Assembly: GCF_963921235.1 (NCBI RefSeq)
Contig: NC_086097.1
Span: 10,602,001 to 10,666,000, forward strand
DNA length: 64,000 nt
DNA from: Mobula hypostoma
Lineage: Eukaryota
Direction: 5' to 3'
Shown here piece by piece: positions 1-13,849 of this stretch. The translations under genes were made by a program, and so were the position numbers. The first letter of the stretch is position 1; every line of letters begins with the position of its first letter. The notes beneath the pieces were generated by a model. That model worked only from the letters and a program-made list of their open reading frames with translations. It did not search any database and had not been told where the DNA came from.

Positions 1-1276
1 TAAACAATCTCGAATCATGAATGTTGAGAAAATACGTAATGTTGTGTCATAATACACCGTGAGGGAAAGATTTATTATTCATTAGGAGAACATTGAGCTG
101 TAAATGACTTTCCAATTAGTTTTCATTCAATGATCAGTACCTTATCAGGTGAATATTTTGTACTGTCACGGTCCGTTACATAGCTCTCACACAATGTTAA
201 ATATTAATGTCTAGTGGTCAAAAGCAAAATCACTTATTTTGCTAAATGTGCATTAAGAAACACTATAGAAAATAATTATCTTATAATGTTAATATAGACT
301 CCTAACATTAACAATTCCATGCAAATTTTCTGGGTTGGTATTGGAACAGTGAATGTTAGAAGTTTGCATATATAGTGGGGAAGATTTTTGTACTGGTGTA
401 ATTAATGGCATTTGCTCAGTAGTGTCAGAGACATGGAATATGAGAACACAGCTGTGACTACATCTGCTGTGGCTGCTGTTTATGAGTGGGCTGTTTTATG
501 CACAAGATGAATGATAATCAGCATGCAGGTTGACAGCTATGTTGGAAGGGAGTATCTGGTGCATTGTAATGCACAACATATCTGCTGGGCTCTTTTTCAA
601 ATAGTATAAACTTTCGCTTGATAAAATGTTTACCCTTTCCAACTCCCAAAGAGTATAAACATAAAGAATGGTGCCTTGCAGATCTGTTCAAATGTGTACA
701 ATATGCATTCTTCCTAACCATGAGGGAGCTCTACTCAATAACAGTGGTACGGTCCACTACCTTAATGAGGCCTTTGCAATTGTATTGTCTGATTGGTTGA
801 GGTCCAGTTGTCTTAACTCATTAATCCCAACATATGCACTCAGCATTCTTTAAGCACATTTGTGTGCTTTAAATTGATTTCTGTTTTGTGATAGACCGTT
901 GAAAGCACTCTGAGGACTCATTTAAGTCAACCTCAGCATTCATCTCCAGTCCCAATATTGTGTTGAGGTGTCTACCTCTGGGGCTCTTTTGCTTTATGTA
1001 AAGACAGCACTTTGAATGTTTCAAACCATTGGGGAAGAAGACAGGCTTTAATTTATTTATGATATTAAAAGAAGTTTCAGATTTAGGGTGGTAGTTCTGA
1101 ACACAGAGGAACATCCATTACTACATTTGTCAGTTGTCACATTTCATTTGCAGTGAAGTTTGTGATGCTAAAGTAAGAAAGAAGAAGAAAACAAATTGGA
1201 AAAAAAAAGCTAATGCAAAAGGTGAAAAAAGTGAAATGAAATAAAGCTAGAAAATACCAGGAAATGCATAATCAGG

Positions 1277-1735
1277 ACAATAAGACCATAAGACATAGGA
1301 ACAGAATTAGGCCATTCAGTCCATTGAGTCTACTCCAGCATTCCATCATGGGTGATTTATTAACCTCTCAACCCCATTATCCTGCCTTCTGTCCATAACC
1401 TTTGATGCCCTTACTAATCAAGAACTTGTCAGCCTCCACTCTAATTATACCTAATGGCTTGGGTACTACAGCCATCTGATTCACTACCCTCTAGCTAAGA
1501 AATTCCTCCTCATCTCTGTTCTAAATGGATATTCCTCCATACTGAGGTTGCGCCTCTAATCCAAGACTCCCCTACTATAGGAAACATCCTCTCCACATTC
1601 ACTCTGTGTAGGCCTTTCGATATTCAATAGTTTTCAATAAAATTCTCCTTCATTCTTCTAAGCTCAAGCGAGTACAGGTCCAGAACCATCAAATGCTCCT
1701 CATACATTAAACCTTTCTGTCCCGGAAACATATGA
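1277..1735 (-). mobile_element. CR1-type LINE 3' fragment (degenerate)
   Basis: Reverse complement of the CR1 ORF2 C-terminus/3'UTR seen elsewhere in the window; tail repeat ATAAGACC at the left end. Confidence 0.75.
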
Positions 1736-1751
1736 AGCATGTTTGATGGTT

Positions 1752-2170
1752 CAGGGCCTGTATTCATTGGAATTCAGAAGAATGAGGGGTGATCTAATTG
1801 AAACCTGTTGAATGGTGAAAAGCCTTGATAGAGAGGATGTGGAGAGGATGTTTCCTGTGGTAGGAGAGTCTAAGATTAGAGGACACAGCCTCAGAATAGA
1901 GGGTTGTTCTTTTAGAATGGAGACGAGGAGGAATTTCTTTAGCCAAAGAGTGGTGAATCTGTGGAATTCATTGCCACAGACACCTGTGGAGGCCAAGTCA
2001 TTAGGTGTATTCAAGGCAGAAGCTAATATATTCTTGATTTGGGGAATATCAGGGAGAAGGCAGAAGATTGGAGCTAAGAGGAATAATGAACCAGCCATGA
2101 TAAAACGGCAGAGCAGGCTTGATGGACCAAATGGCCTAATTCTGCTCCTATATTTTATAGTCTTATGGTC
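1752..2170 (+). mobile_element. CR1-type LINE 3' fragment
   Basis: Translates GLYSLEFRRMRGDLIE...RGHSLRI...RNFFSQRVVNLWNSLP, the CR1 ORF2 C-terminal motif, followed by 3'UTR. Confidence 0.85.
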
Positions 2171-2827
2171 TAAAGTTTGGTTGCTGAAATTAGTTGCTAA
2201 TATGTTGCTATATATCCTAAGTCCAGAACATGCAATAACATTCACATCCACAATTTTTAATCTAATCTATGAATTCAACAACTTCATTACCACCATAATG
2301 AATTCATCCCTGGAATGAACAATGAAGTTGACTTGATATACTGAGAGAAATAAAAAAAAACTTTTCTGCAACCAAATTTGGACAGAACAATTATAAATAA
2401 TTCACTTTTAAATTCCACTTTCACAGATAAAGTGGCAGGGCAGATGCAATTTTTAAAATGTTGATGATTATAAAACTTTTGAGAAATAATTCCAAAATTT
2501 TCAACCTAAAATATCATTCAAATGATTGTTTCTGCTAGAATTCAACATTCAAATAAAATCAATCTTGCTTTGTCTTTTTTAAATGTTATTCTTAAGTGTT
2601 GAAGTTTGGCTTAATTAACGATTAAATAATGACAACTTTACATCAATATCACAGTAAACAGAATTAACGTTGACAATAATATTAGCATTTTAGGATTATA
2701 TTTTCACCCCATTAACAAATGCTATAATGAAACTTTGGAAAATGTAAAGCCCTCACAATTAAATAAACTAACAGAATTTAAAGCTGTGATTGCATTGGAA
2801 AGGTAGCAGAGAAGATTTTTAAGTAAG

Positions 2828-3012
2828 TTCATTAGCTATGTTTAAAAGGAAGTTAGATATGGCCCTTGTGGATACAGGGGTCAGGGGGTATGGAGGGAAG
2901 GCTGGGTTCTGAGTTGGATGATCAGCCATGATCATAATAAATGGCGGTGCAGGCTCGAAGGGCCGAATGGCCTACTCCTGCACCTATTTTCTATGTTTCT
3001 ATGTTTCTATGT
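2828..3012 (+). mobile_element. CR1-type LINE 3'UTR with (TTTCTATG)n tail
   Basis: Closely matches the 3' end of the 44335-45998 copy. Confidence 0.85.
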
Positions 3013-3390
3013 TGTCTAGATCAGAGCACATCAGTCATGTGGATAGGTAAGGTTCATTTTCCCTGCTGGAGAAGGCAGAATGGTGACTTTATCAAATTAT
3101 GAGAGGGATAAGTAGGGTAAATATTTTTCTCCCCATGGTGATTGCATCTAAGAAAAGAGGGCATAAATTTAAGGTGGGAAGTCAGAGTTTACAGGGCATC
3201 TGAAGGGAACCTTTTTCGCACAGAGTGTGGTTGAAATCTGCAATGCTCTGCAGGAAGAAATGGTGAAGGCAGATACTCTCACAATCTTTAAGAAGCATGT
3301 AGCTGCAGAAAACTACAGATCTAACATTAGTAAACTCTACTAATATAGATTGATATTCACTTGCACCAGTTTAAGAAGGTGCTGCTGAAT

Positions 3391-4812
3391 AGAACCATAG
3401 AACCATAGAACACTACGGCACAGAAACAAGCCTTTTGGCCCTTCTTGGCTGTGCCAAACCATTTTTCTGCCTAGTTCCACTGACCTGCACCTGGACCATA
3501 TCCTTCCATACACCTCTCATCCATGTACCTGTCCAAGTTTTTTTTAAATGTTAAAAGTGAGCCCGCATTTACCACTTCATCTGGCAGCTCATTCTACACT
3601 CCCACCACTCTCTGTGTGAAGAAGCCCCCCCCAATGTTCCCTTTAAACTTTTCCCCCCTCACCCTTAACCAATGTCCTCTGGTTTTTTTCTCCCCTTGCC
3701 TCAGTGGAAAAAGCCTACTTGCAATCACTCTATCTAAACCCATCATAATTTTATATACTTCTATCAAATCTCCCCTCATTCTTCTACACTCCTGGGAATA
3801 AAGTCCTAACCTATTCAACCTTCCTCTATAACTCAGTTTCTCAAGTCCTGGCAACATCCTTGTAAACCTTCTCTGCACTCTTTCAACCTTATTAATATCC
3901 TTCCTGTAATTTGGTGACCAAAACTGCAGACAATACTCCAAATTCGGCCTCACCAATGCCTTATACCATAATATTCCAACTCTTATACTCAATACTTTGA
4001 TTTATAAAGGTCAATGTACCGAAAGCTCTCTTTACAACCCTATCTACCTGTGACGCCACTTTTAGGGAATTTTGTATCTGTATTCCCAGATCCCTCTGTT
4101 CTACTGCACTCCTCGGTGCCCTACCATTTACCTTGTATGTTCTACCTTGGTTTGTCCTTCCAAAGTGCAATACCTCACACTTGTCTGTATTAAACTCCAT
4201 CTGCCATTTTTCAGCCCATTTTTCCAGCTGGTCCAAATCCCTCTGCAAGCTTTGAAAACCTTCCTCACTGTCCACTACACCTCCAATCTTTGTATCATCA
4301 GCAAATTTGCTGATCCAACTTACCACATTATCATCCAGATCATTGATATAGGTGACAAATAACAATGAACAGAGCACTGATCTCTGTGGCACACCACCAG
4401 TCACAGGCCTCCACTCAGAGAAGCAATCTTCCACTACCACTCTCTGGCTTCTTCCATTGAGCCAATGTCCAATCCAATTTACTACCTCTCCATGTATACC
4501 TAGCGACTGAATCTTCCTAACTAACCTCCCATGCAGGACCTTGTCGAAGGCCTTACTGAAGTCCATGTAGACAACATCTACTACCTTCCCTTCATCCTCT
4601 TTCCTGGTAACCTCCTCGAAAAACCCTAATAGATTTGTTAAGCATGACCTACCACACGGAAAGCCATGTTAACTCTCCCTAATAAGTCCCTGTCTATCCA
4701 AATACTTGCAGATCCTATCTCTTGGTACTCCTTCCAATAATTTACCTACTACTGACGTCAAATTTACCGGCCTATAATTTCCTGGATTTCTTTTAGAGCC
4801 TTTTTTAAACAA
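3391..4812 (-). mobile_element. 5'-truncated CR1-type LINE (RT fragment, frameshifted)
   Basis: ORFs 3961-4566 (DFSKAFDKV...GVPQ...KFADDTK) and 3594-3992 (LVRPNLEYC.QFWSP); tail (ATAGAACC)n at 3391. Confidence 0.92.
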
Positions 4813-4914
4813 TCTCAATGATTTGCAGCTGGTGGCCAATGAAACAAAGAAAACAACTAAATACTTGGTTAATCACTCTTTTCCTGGCAAACGATCGTCA
4901 AAAACAATAGCACG

Positions 4915-6850
4915 TACATACAAACGTCATTCCTACAGGAGTTATCATTTCTTCAGTATAAGTTCTTAGTTGGATATCTACGGGCTTCAGTTCAGTATCT
5001 TTGAAATGTCACACAAACTCATTTTGTAGAATGACTGAAATAGATGAGCCAGTGTCCAATTCCACATTAAATATTTTGCCGTTTAGACGTGAATGGCAAA
5101 TTGCTTGTCTATTGTTAGCTTTCACATTGTAAGTCTTCAGGCTACCTAGACTGCGTGACTCTCTTCACACATGTGGATTAGTACTCTTTTTGAAACTTGA
5201 ACCTGAATTTGATCTTCCTTTTCTTCCTTGTGCAGCCAATTTATTTTTGTCTGCCCAACGCACTTTTTTATATGTGCTCTACTTTGTTGCCTTTGAATTG
5301 AATTGAACTGAATTGACTTTATTACTTATATCCTTCATATACATAAGGAGTAAAAGTCTTTGTGTTACATCTCCATCTAAATATGCAATGTGGAATTTAT
5401 ATTAATTTATAATAAATGGTATGTACAATGGGATGGTCAATATAACATAGAAATACAGTTGTGTCAGCAGGCTGATGGCCTGGAGGAAGATACTGTCCCA
5501 GAGCCTGTTGGTCCTGGCTTTTATGCTGCGGTACCATTTCCTGGATGGTAGCAGCTGGAACAGTTTGTGGTTGGGGTGACTCGGGTCCCCAATGATCCTT
5601 CAGGACCTTTTCACACACCTGTCTTTGTAAATGTCCTGAATAGTGGGAAGTTCACATCTACAGATTCCCTGGGCTGTCCGCGCCACAGTCTGTAGAGCCC
5701 TACGATTGAGGGAAGTACAGTTCCCATACCAGGCAGTAATGCAGCCAGTCAGGATGCTCTCAATTGTGTCCTTCTAGAAAGTTCTTAGGATTTGGGGGCC
5801 CATACCAAACGTCTTCAACTGTCTGAGGTGAAAGAGGCACTTTGTGCTTTTTTCACCACACAATCAGTATATATCTCGTGAGAACTTTGGTGACGTTTAT
5901 GCCGAGGAATTTAAAACTGTTCACCCCTTCAACCCCCGATCCATTTATGTCATTAGGGGCTAGCCTGTCTTCATTCCTCCTGTAGTCCACAACTAGCTCT
6001 TTTATTTTTGCAAGTTTCCTGCATTGGTCTGGTGTATAAAGGGCCCTGACACAATGGTAACACAATTTGTTTGGCCAGACCAGTTTCTGTATAGACATTG
6101 CAATTTTGTTCATGTTCACCTTCATCCCTGGATGTAACAACAGTTGTGTCTCTCTATTCTGTTTCCATTGATACAGCTACTTCAACTGTTCTTTGATTGT
6201 GAGTTGTACTTTAGTGAGGAGCTTTTTTTGAATGCTTTCTTGGCAGATTCTGCAAATAAAGAATCTCTCATTGCAACATTAAGCCCATCTTTGAACTGAC
6301 AATGCTCAGACAACTTCTTCAATTCACCAATGTATACAGAAATTGACTCCTCTTCCTTTTGATTCCACCTATGAAACCTAATCAGCAATGGTTTTGGTTA
6401 TAGAGATCCTGTATTACTTTCATGACCTCAACAAAGCTCATTTCGGCTGGTTTGGTTGGAGCAGTTAAATTTCTAAGCAAACTATATATCTAGTTCGCTC
6501 AGCAAAACTGGCATTCACTTCTCATTGGCTATTTCATTTACTCCAAAATAGTGCTGAATTAGCTCAGTATACATGAGCCATTTGTCCACTGAGCAATCAA
6601 ATGCATCTATCTTTCTGATGTTGCCAGCAATTTCCACTTAAAAAAAATATGATTATTATCCCCTATTACTTGTTGCTTATGAACCCATGATTTTGTCTGT
6701 TTCCTGCCTTTTGAACTTGACTGGGTCTTCCATTCTGGAGAAGATGTGTTCCAATTTTTTTTTAACTCTAAGGTCTTGACTTCGTATTTTCCTTTTCTTA
6801 CCTGTGCAGTCCATTTGTTTTTGTCTGCCCAACACACTCTTTGTATGTAC
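4915..6850 (-). mobile_element. Degenerate Gypsy (Mag-like) gag-protease remnant, interrupted by Rex1-type insertions
   Basis: Gag: RFHRWNQKEEESISVYIGELKKLSEHCQFKDGLNVAMRD (6182-6388). Protease VELDTGSS near 5045-5065 and ELKPVDIQLRTYT near 4955-4995. Confidence 0.75.
5295..6010 (-). mobile_element. Rex1/Babar-type LINE 3' fragment
   Basis: KELVVDYRR...VNSFKFLGINVT motif; (AATTG)n-type tail near 5295-5315. Confidence 0.8.
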
Positions 6851-6854
6851 CCAT

Positions 6855-7285
6855 AATATGACGCTAGGCACAGAATGTCTGTACATAAGGTGACTCTGAT
6901 CGGAGTTGATAAAGTACTGGTGGTTAAAGTACTGGTTGTAGAGGCGTGGGTCAGTGGATAATGGTATTGATCTGCCTTACTGCTGGGGAAACTAACTGGT
7001 TTTGAGTCCGGTGGTCCTGATGTGGATGCTACATAATCCCCTCCTGATACGAGTGGGATAAAGAGTCCATGAGCAGGGTGGGTGGGCTCCTTCATAATGT
7101 TACTGGCCCTTTTCTGGTACCTTTCTGTATGTATGTCCTTGGTGGTGGGTAGGCATGTGCTGGTTATGTGTTGGCCAGTTTTGACTACCCGTTGTAGAGC
7201 CTTCCTGTCTATCGCAGTACAGTTTCCATACCATGCAGTGATGAAGCACTTTGGGATGCTCCCTACCGCTCATCTGTAGAATAAC
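6855..7285 (-). mobile_element. Rex1/Babar-type LINE 3' fragment
   Basis: IMKEPTHPAHGLFIPL.SG motif of the Rex1 RT C-terminus. Confidence 0.75.
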
Positions 7286-7714
7286 ATAATTATTGAGATG
7301 CATAGTCCAGCTTACCACAGTGCATTACGTAAATACAGAACTTAGCAAAAATTTTAAGCATACACGTATACGTAGCTGGGTGCCTGAGACTTTTGCACAG
7401 TACGGTATTTGTCACTTGTAAATCTGGTGGGGGCAAGGAATGTTGGGACTGGTGAGGGTGGAGTGTCACAGGAAGAGTGTGGGACAGATAGCAAAGAAGA
7501 AATATGAGGGGCAGAGGATTCCACGTGTCAGTACCTCCATTTGAACTCTTGTCTTTTTGTGTGTTTCCCCCAGCCGTCATTCTGTGTTTTTGTCTTGTCA
7601 TGTGCTCTTGTTTGTTTTCATGCCCCACTTGCTCGTGCTCCTGTCCCTGTCCCTGCCCCTGCTCTATTTCAGCCCTTGTATCACTGATACAAGGACTGAT
7701 ACAGCCCTTGTATC

Positions 7715-8285
7715 GTAGCCTCCAACCTGATGGCATGAACATTGACTTCTCAAACTTCCGCTAATGCCCCACCTCCCCCTCGTACCCCATCAGTTATTTA
7801 TTTATATACACACATTCTTTTTCTCTCTCTCCTTTTTCTCCCTCTGTCCCTCTCACTATACTCCTTGCCCTTCCTCTGGGTTTTCCCCCCTCCCCCTTTT
7901 CTTTCTCCCTAGGCCTCTTGTCCCATGATCCTCTCATATCCCTTTTGCCAATCAACTGTCCAGCTCTTGGCTCCATCCCTCCCCCTCCTGTCTTCTCCTA
8001 TCATTTTGGATCTCCCCCTCCCCCTCCCCCTCCCCCTCCCCCTCCCCCTCCCCCTCCCCCTCCCCCTCCCCCTCCCCCTCCCCCTCCCCCTCCCCCTCCC
8101 CCTCCCCCTCCCCCTCCCCCTCCCCCATTCAAATCTCTTACTAGCTCTTCTTTCAGTTAGTCCTGACGAAGGGTCTCGGCCCGAAATGTTGACTGTACCT
8201 CTTCCTAGAGATGTTGCGTTCACCAGCAATTTTTATGTGTGTTGCTTGAATTTCCAGCATCTGCAGATTTCCTCGTGTTTGCGTT
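7715..8285 (+). mobile_element. Penelope-like element 3' end (pLTR)
   Basis: Last codons SLQPDGMNIDFSNFR* of the GIY-YIG ORF, a pyrimidine-rich UTR and a degenerate hammerhead at 8159-8194. Confidence 0.85.
8013..8126. repeat. (TCCCCC)19 expanded microsatellite within the PLE
   Basis: Perfect hexamer array; other PLE copies have about 2-3 units here. Confidence 0.95.
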
Positions 8286-8859
8286 AATCGGCCCCTCACC
8301 TGTTCCTCATTTTTTCCTGTATTGCTGCCACCTGTGTCTCATTGTGCTCCACCTATCACCTGCTTCTCTGTTCATTGCTCAGTGTATTTTAGTCCTGTAT
8401 TTTTACCTGTGTTTTGCCAGATTGTGCCAGTGAGTTTTTCCAGCATTCATATCTAAACTCTGTTTTTCTGAATACCAACCCTGCCTGTTTGCTGACCCTG
8501 ATTTCGCCGGTTTGTCAGGATTGTTCTGGTTTTTGACTCTGATTTTTGGATTTCTCTGGATTTTTTGATCCCCACCTGACTTTTGATGCTGACTTTGTTG
8601 CCCCTCTGGACTTGTTACTCAATAAATATTACAGTGTGCACAGTACTTGGTCTGCGATTGGGTCCCTGATCCAGTGCCCTGACAGCATGGGTGCAGGCAC
8701 ACCCAACCCTGAACACCAGGCAAGGTCATTTGATTCCAAATGATTGGTTTGTTGCTTCCTGTTCCCTTTCTTTCTCCCAAACCTGCTTCCACTCTCATTG
8801 CTTCCTTCCCATTCTCAGTCCACAACAGAGACCCATGTCAGGATCAGGTTCATCATCAC

Positions 8860-9312
8860 TCACACGGGAGTTTGGTGGGTAATACCATTCCAGCTGACCG
8901 GAAGTGCACTGAGAGCAGTAAGCTTAGAGGAGTTAGGTGCTTACTGTTCTGGCTAACAACGGATGGTGTAATCTGGGGTATATTACGATCGAGGAACGTG
9001 TTTGCAGACCGGATATTGAACTTCTTACTGTTGGACTTTGGCCACATTCCATCGTGATACAACACTTGGCAACACGGGAGGTCGTTCCTGCCTGTGGCCA
9101 TCGAACGTGCAGCTCCTCCCGTGGAGGGTCAGACACCCTGAGCCAATAGACTGGTCCTGGACTTATTTTCCATCTGGCATAGTTTGCATTTTGTTGTTTG
9201 ATGGTTGGGGTTTTTTGTATTGCTATATTTACGCTCTATTCTTGGTTGGTGCGGCTGTAACGAAACCAAATTTCCCTTGGGATTAATAAAGTATATCTAT
9301 CTATCTATCTAT
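8860..9312 (+). mobile_element. Internally deleted Rex1/Babar element (AP-endonuclease fragment joined to 3' tail)
   Basis: ADRKCTESSKLRG...VLANNGWCN...VCRPDIELLTVGL resembles Rex1 APE; ends GGATTAATAAAG(TATC)n. Confidence 0.65.
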
Positions 9313-12067
9313 ATGCAACAATGTTTTTTTTGCAGCATGACAGTGTAATACATAAAATTATTCAAGTACAAAAGTCTTAGGTACTATATTATATATTTAT
9401 ATATATATATAAGACTTTTGCACAGTACTGTACAAGGGAAACCAACAAGAGAATGCAGAATAAAGTTAGAGAGAAATGCAGCAGTGCAAGTAGACAGTAA
9501 GGTGCAAGGCCATAACAAAGTCGATTGTGAGGTCAAGGGTTCACCTTATTGCACTCTTGGTATTCAATCGTCTTCTTACCGTGGAACAGCACACTGATTG
9601 AAGTTATCCTTTTTTTGGTTTAAGCAGTTCCACAGATCAGACAGCATGTTGGAATCTGAGAGTGGGCTCAGCTGGTAGGAGACTCAGCTCAATCAAAAGA
9701 GTTGTGACAAAATTATATGATACAGTGAATGCTGGGTGTATAGAGTAAAAGAACATAAAATGCTTGAATTGCTTAGCAGATCAGAGAAAGAAACTGAGTG
9801 AATGCTTCAGGTCAGTGACCTGTCATGGAATGCTTAGAAAGGCATGGGTTCAAGTCCTGCACCGGAGACACAAACATAGATATCAAGGCTGATTCTTCAG
9901 AGTCCAAATAAATTCAGAAAGCTATGCAGACCTGTTTTCCAAAAGAAAAAGAGCCCACAGTGACTGAACTTGTTGATTTAGTATAATTGAGTTTTCAGGT
10001 CTGCAACTAATTCTGGCAAGACTTGATCATCATATTACCAATAAATGACAACCCCACTCTGAGAGTGTTGTTGGAAACCACTTTTTTAAAAAAATAATAA
10101 TCTTTATAACCTTTGTGCTTTTTAATAAACTCATATATTTTTCACAGTATGTAGTTGTTTGTCCCTGCTAATTGGCAGGAAGCAGTATAGCAGTTAAACT
10201 AATGGTTTGTCACCTTTTTCATTTTTCATTGGCTTAGCATTAGCACGTGAAGTAATTGTTTTAATTATGTAGTCTATTAACTAGTTTACATCTATCTAAG
10301 GAATTTTCCTTATCTTAGCTATAAATGTGATGGATTTTTCAGATGCACCATCTTTTTGTCTTTGCACGTTTATTTACCTCAGCATCGTTTCTCAGCTCTT
10401 TATTTAGTTTTCTTAGTATTTGTATTTTTGTTTGTACTTTGAATTAAACAATCATTACAATTAAGGCTGTTCATCATTCCTGATTTCCAGAAGAACCCTA
10501 AGGATCAGAAACTAAACAGAGATCCAACAATATACATTACTGTTGGATATATTGATTCTAACTACAGCAGTGTGAGATTACACAAGCCTTTTAAAGTGGT
10601 GATATAGAATCTTTAAAATTCAAAACAAAAGGCAGACCATTTACACAATGGCACCCATGCCAGTAGTAGCTCATGAGCTGAAAGTAACAACTGGAATCCT
10701 ACTTTTACTGAGCTGTCACCCGGTGTTAATTGAGGGAAACTTCTCGTACAAAACAAATCTTTTCCTTTGAATTTGTGCCCATTCCACGTTTGACTCGAGT
10801 TGGAAACATTGCATTCTCTGATAGAACCTACAGCTTGAAAATCACTCAGGAATAGAAGAGATTCCAACCTTAGTCACAATGATAACATAGCTATAAATAG
10901 AAATGCCAATGCTGCTTCAATCAATTTAGAAAATATATCCTACCATTAAAATAATCTGTTGAATTCAATAAGCAATTTATTCTGGATTGGGTTTTTTTGA
11001 GTAGAATTTTGCTAATCAGAAATTTAAATTAGGCATACTCACTTCTGGAATTACAACCTTTGACTTAGTTTTTTCAAAAGAAGCTTAAGTGCGTCATCAT
11101 AATTTTCACAGATTTATAATAATAATAACTTATTTATAGAGCACTTTTCATACAGACAATGTAGTTCAATGTTCTTTACTGTGGGATAAAGTGCAATCAT
11201 GAAAATAAAAGACAAAATGATGATGGTTAAAAACAAGATTAAATAAATAGATATTGAGCTGGCAATTAGAAATGTCAGCTGAGTCTGCATCCCTTATAGT
11301 TTTGGGTATGGATTTCCACAGTTTAGGAGTGCAGTTCAAAAAGCTGACCTGACAATTATCTTCTGATGGATATTGTTTAATTTTAAGAGACGAGTGGAAG
11401 AAGACCTGAGAGCTTGGAAATGATTATAAAACGAAAGCAATTCTGTAATGTACTCCAGTCCTGGACCATTAAGTGCTTTGAAGACAAGCAAGATAAGTTT
11501 AAAATCAATTCTAAAAGATACTGGAAGCCATTGCAGAAGAGTTAGGATGGAGTAATAAGCTTCCTCATCCTGGCTTTAGTTAAATCTAGCAGCTGTGTTC
11601 TGAATGAGCTGGATTGATTACTTTAGAATGCCATTAAGAAAATGCATTGCACTTTACTATCACTTCTGAAGTTCCTCAGCAGTGTTAAACATAGATCTGG
11701 CAATAGCCAATAAATTAGGATGCAAGGTCAAAATAACAATATGCAGTAAAGCTCCCATAATCTGGCATTTTGGGTAACTTGGTGGTGTTGAACTAACATA
11801 TTTTCCTGTTATTTTTCAAGTAGCTGTCCAAATTAATGATTTTGTCTTGTTTCCTCTTACAGCTTTGCTCATTGACTCATGTACTTCTCACATGAATCCT
11901 CAATTGTTCAGGTACACCAAGAACTTAATATCTGGTCATGGTTCCAAATACTACCAATAGGGGAGATATTCAATGGAATGGTATTTAGTAGAGTAAAACA
12001 TGCAACCCTAACCTACAGTATATAATGCACTTAGTAGTACAGATTAAAGATAAATTACTTGTCATTA

Positions 12068-12360
12068 TGGGCACCATGGTAGCGCCACAATTAGCCAACA
12101 CTATTACAGCTCGGGGATTCTAAAGTTCGGAGTTCAATATTGGCACTGTCTGTAAGGAGTTTGTATGTCATCCCCGTGAAACACACGGGTATCCTCTGGT
12201 TGCTCCAGTTTTTAACCACGGTCCAAAGATGAACTAATTAGAAAGTAATTGGTCATTGTAAATTGACCTGTGATTAAGCTAGTGTTAAATAGGTGGCTTG
12301 CTGGGTATTGTGGTTTACTGGGCTGAAAAGACTTGAGCTGCATTGCTTCTCTAAATAAAT
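12068..12360 (+). mobile_element. tRNA-derived V-SINE (HE1-like), degenerate
   Basis: V-domain GGAGTTTGTATGT..CCCCGTG...TGCTCCAGTTT...GTCCAAAGA...AATTGGTCATTGTAAATTG; related copies near 32660-32925 and 58248-58470 (+), 35420-35640 and 37600-37910 (-). Confidence 0.7.
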
Positions 12361-13057
12361 ATAAAAATAATAAATAAATTATTAATGTCCCTCAAATTCC
12401 AACCTATGTCCTGGTCGAGAGAGGTGGAAACAGATATGGCTTACCAACAGGGCTCTGGTGAAGCTGTATAGGCCAATCCCATGTGCATTGGATACAATGG
12501 TTTGCAGGAACATTGATGAACTCCAAATTGGAGGTCTTCAATAGGCTATGCTCTACTGGGAGATAAGGGCCACAAAGAAGATGAAAGAAAGAAATTATTA
12601 ATATTCACTCACTTAATTAAGCACTCTCAGCTCTTTCTAATCTTATTTCTTCTGAATCTGATAAGGTCGCTCATGGTAGGTTGATTCAGAAGATAAAGGT
12701 GCATGGGATGCAGGGTGAATTGCGAGTTGCATTCAGAACTGGCTTGTTGATAGAAGACAAAGTGTAGGGATGGAAGGCTGTTATTCTGGCTGGAAGTCCA
12801 TGTCCTGTAGTGTTCCACAAGGATTAGTGCTGAGACTTTTGTTATTTATGACCTATATCAATGATTTAGGTCAAAATGTACTGTAGATGGATGGATGGGC
12901 AGGTCTGCAGATGACACAAGATTGGTGAACTTATAGACAGTGTAAAGGGGTATCAAACAATATGGCAGGATATAGACCAGTTTTCAGCCGAGAAATGGCA
13001 GATGGAATTTAATCCAGGGAAGTGTGAGTTGTTGCACTTTCATCATCATCATTATAT

Positions 13058-13648
13058 GACCATAAGACCATAAGAGAAAGGAGCAGAAGTAGGCCACTTG
13101 GCCAATTGAGTCTGCTCCGCCATTTTATCATGAGCTGATCCATTTTCTCCTATTTAGTCCCACTCCCCTGCCTTCTCACCATAACCTTTGATGCCCTGGC
13201 TACTCAGATACCTATCAATCTCTGCCTTAATGACCCAATGACTTGGCCCCCACTGCTGCCTGTGGCAACAAGTTCCATAGATTCACAATCCTCTGACTAA
13301 AAAAATTTCTTCGCATTTCTGCCCTTCAATCCTTAAGTCATGCTCTCTCGTACTAGACTCCCCCATCATGGGAAACAACTTTGCCACATCCACTCTGTCC
13401 ATGCCTTTTAACATTCGAAATGTTTCTATGAGGTCTCCCCTCATTCTTCTAAACTCCAAAGAATACAGTCCAAGAGCGGACAAACGTTCCTCATATGTTA
13501 ACCCTCTCATTCCCGGAATCATTCTAGTGAATCTTCTCTGTACCCTCTCCAACGTCAGCACATCCTTTCTTAAATAAGGAGACCAAAACTGCCCACAGTA
13601 CTCCAAGTGAGGTCTCACCAGTGCCTTATAGAGCCTCAACATCACATG
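13058..13648 (-). mobile_element. CR1-type LINE 3' fragment (nested)
   Basis: ORF 13283-13645 LYKALVRPHLEYCGQFWSPYLRKD...RMRGDLIETF; tail (ACCATAAG)n. Confidence 0.9.
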
Positions 13649-13849
13649 CTGTGATGTGTCATATGATGTAGGCGATCATGGTGTCATGACCATGATTCTT
13701 CTTGGGCCATCAATGACTTCCCGTCTCCATCGTCCTCTGTTCTGAGTCAGTTTCTTGCCTTCAGTTCCCTGCTTTACTACCTGCCTTTCATTTTCTCTCC
13801 TCCCTCAATCCTTCTCCCCCTGTCCTTCTTGAAGTTTATTTATTTGTTA

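Larger units (their letters stand above)
7576..8684 (+). mobile_element. Probable Gypsy solo LTR interrupted by a PLE fragment
   Basis: Ends AATAAA...GATTGGGTCC...CTGACA, resembling the 3' end of the solo LTR at 60796-61681; the 5' boundary and TSD are not resolved. Confidence 0.5.

Noticed and set aside
7909..8287. Poly-Pro, (PL)n and (GR)n ORFs
   Set aside because: Translations of the (TCCCCC)n microsatellite
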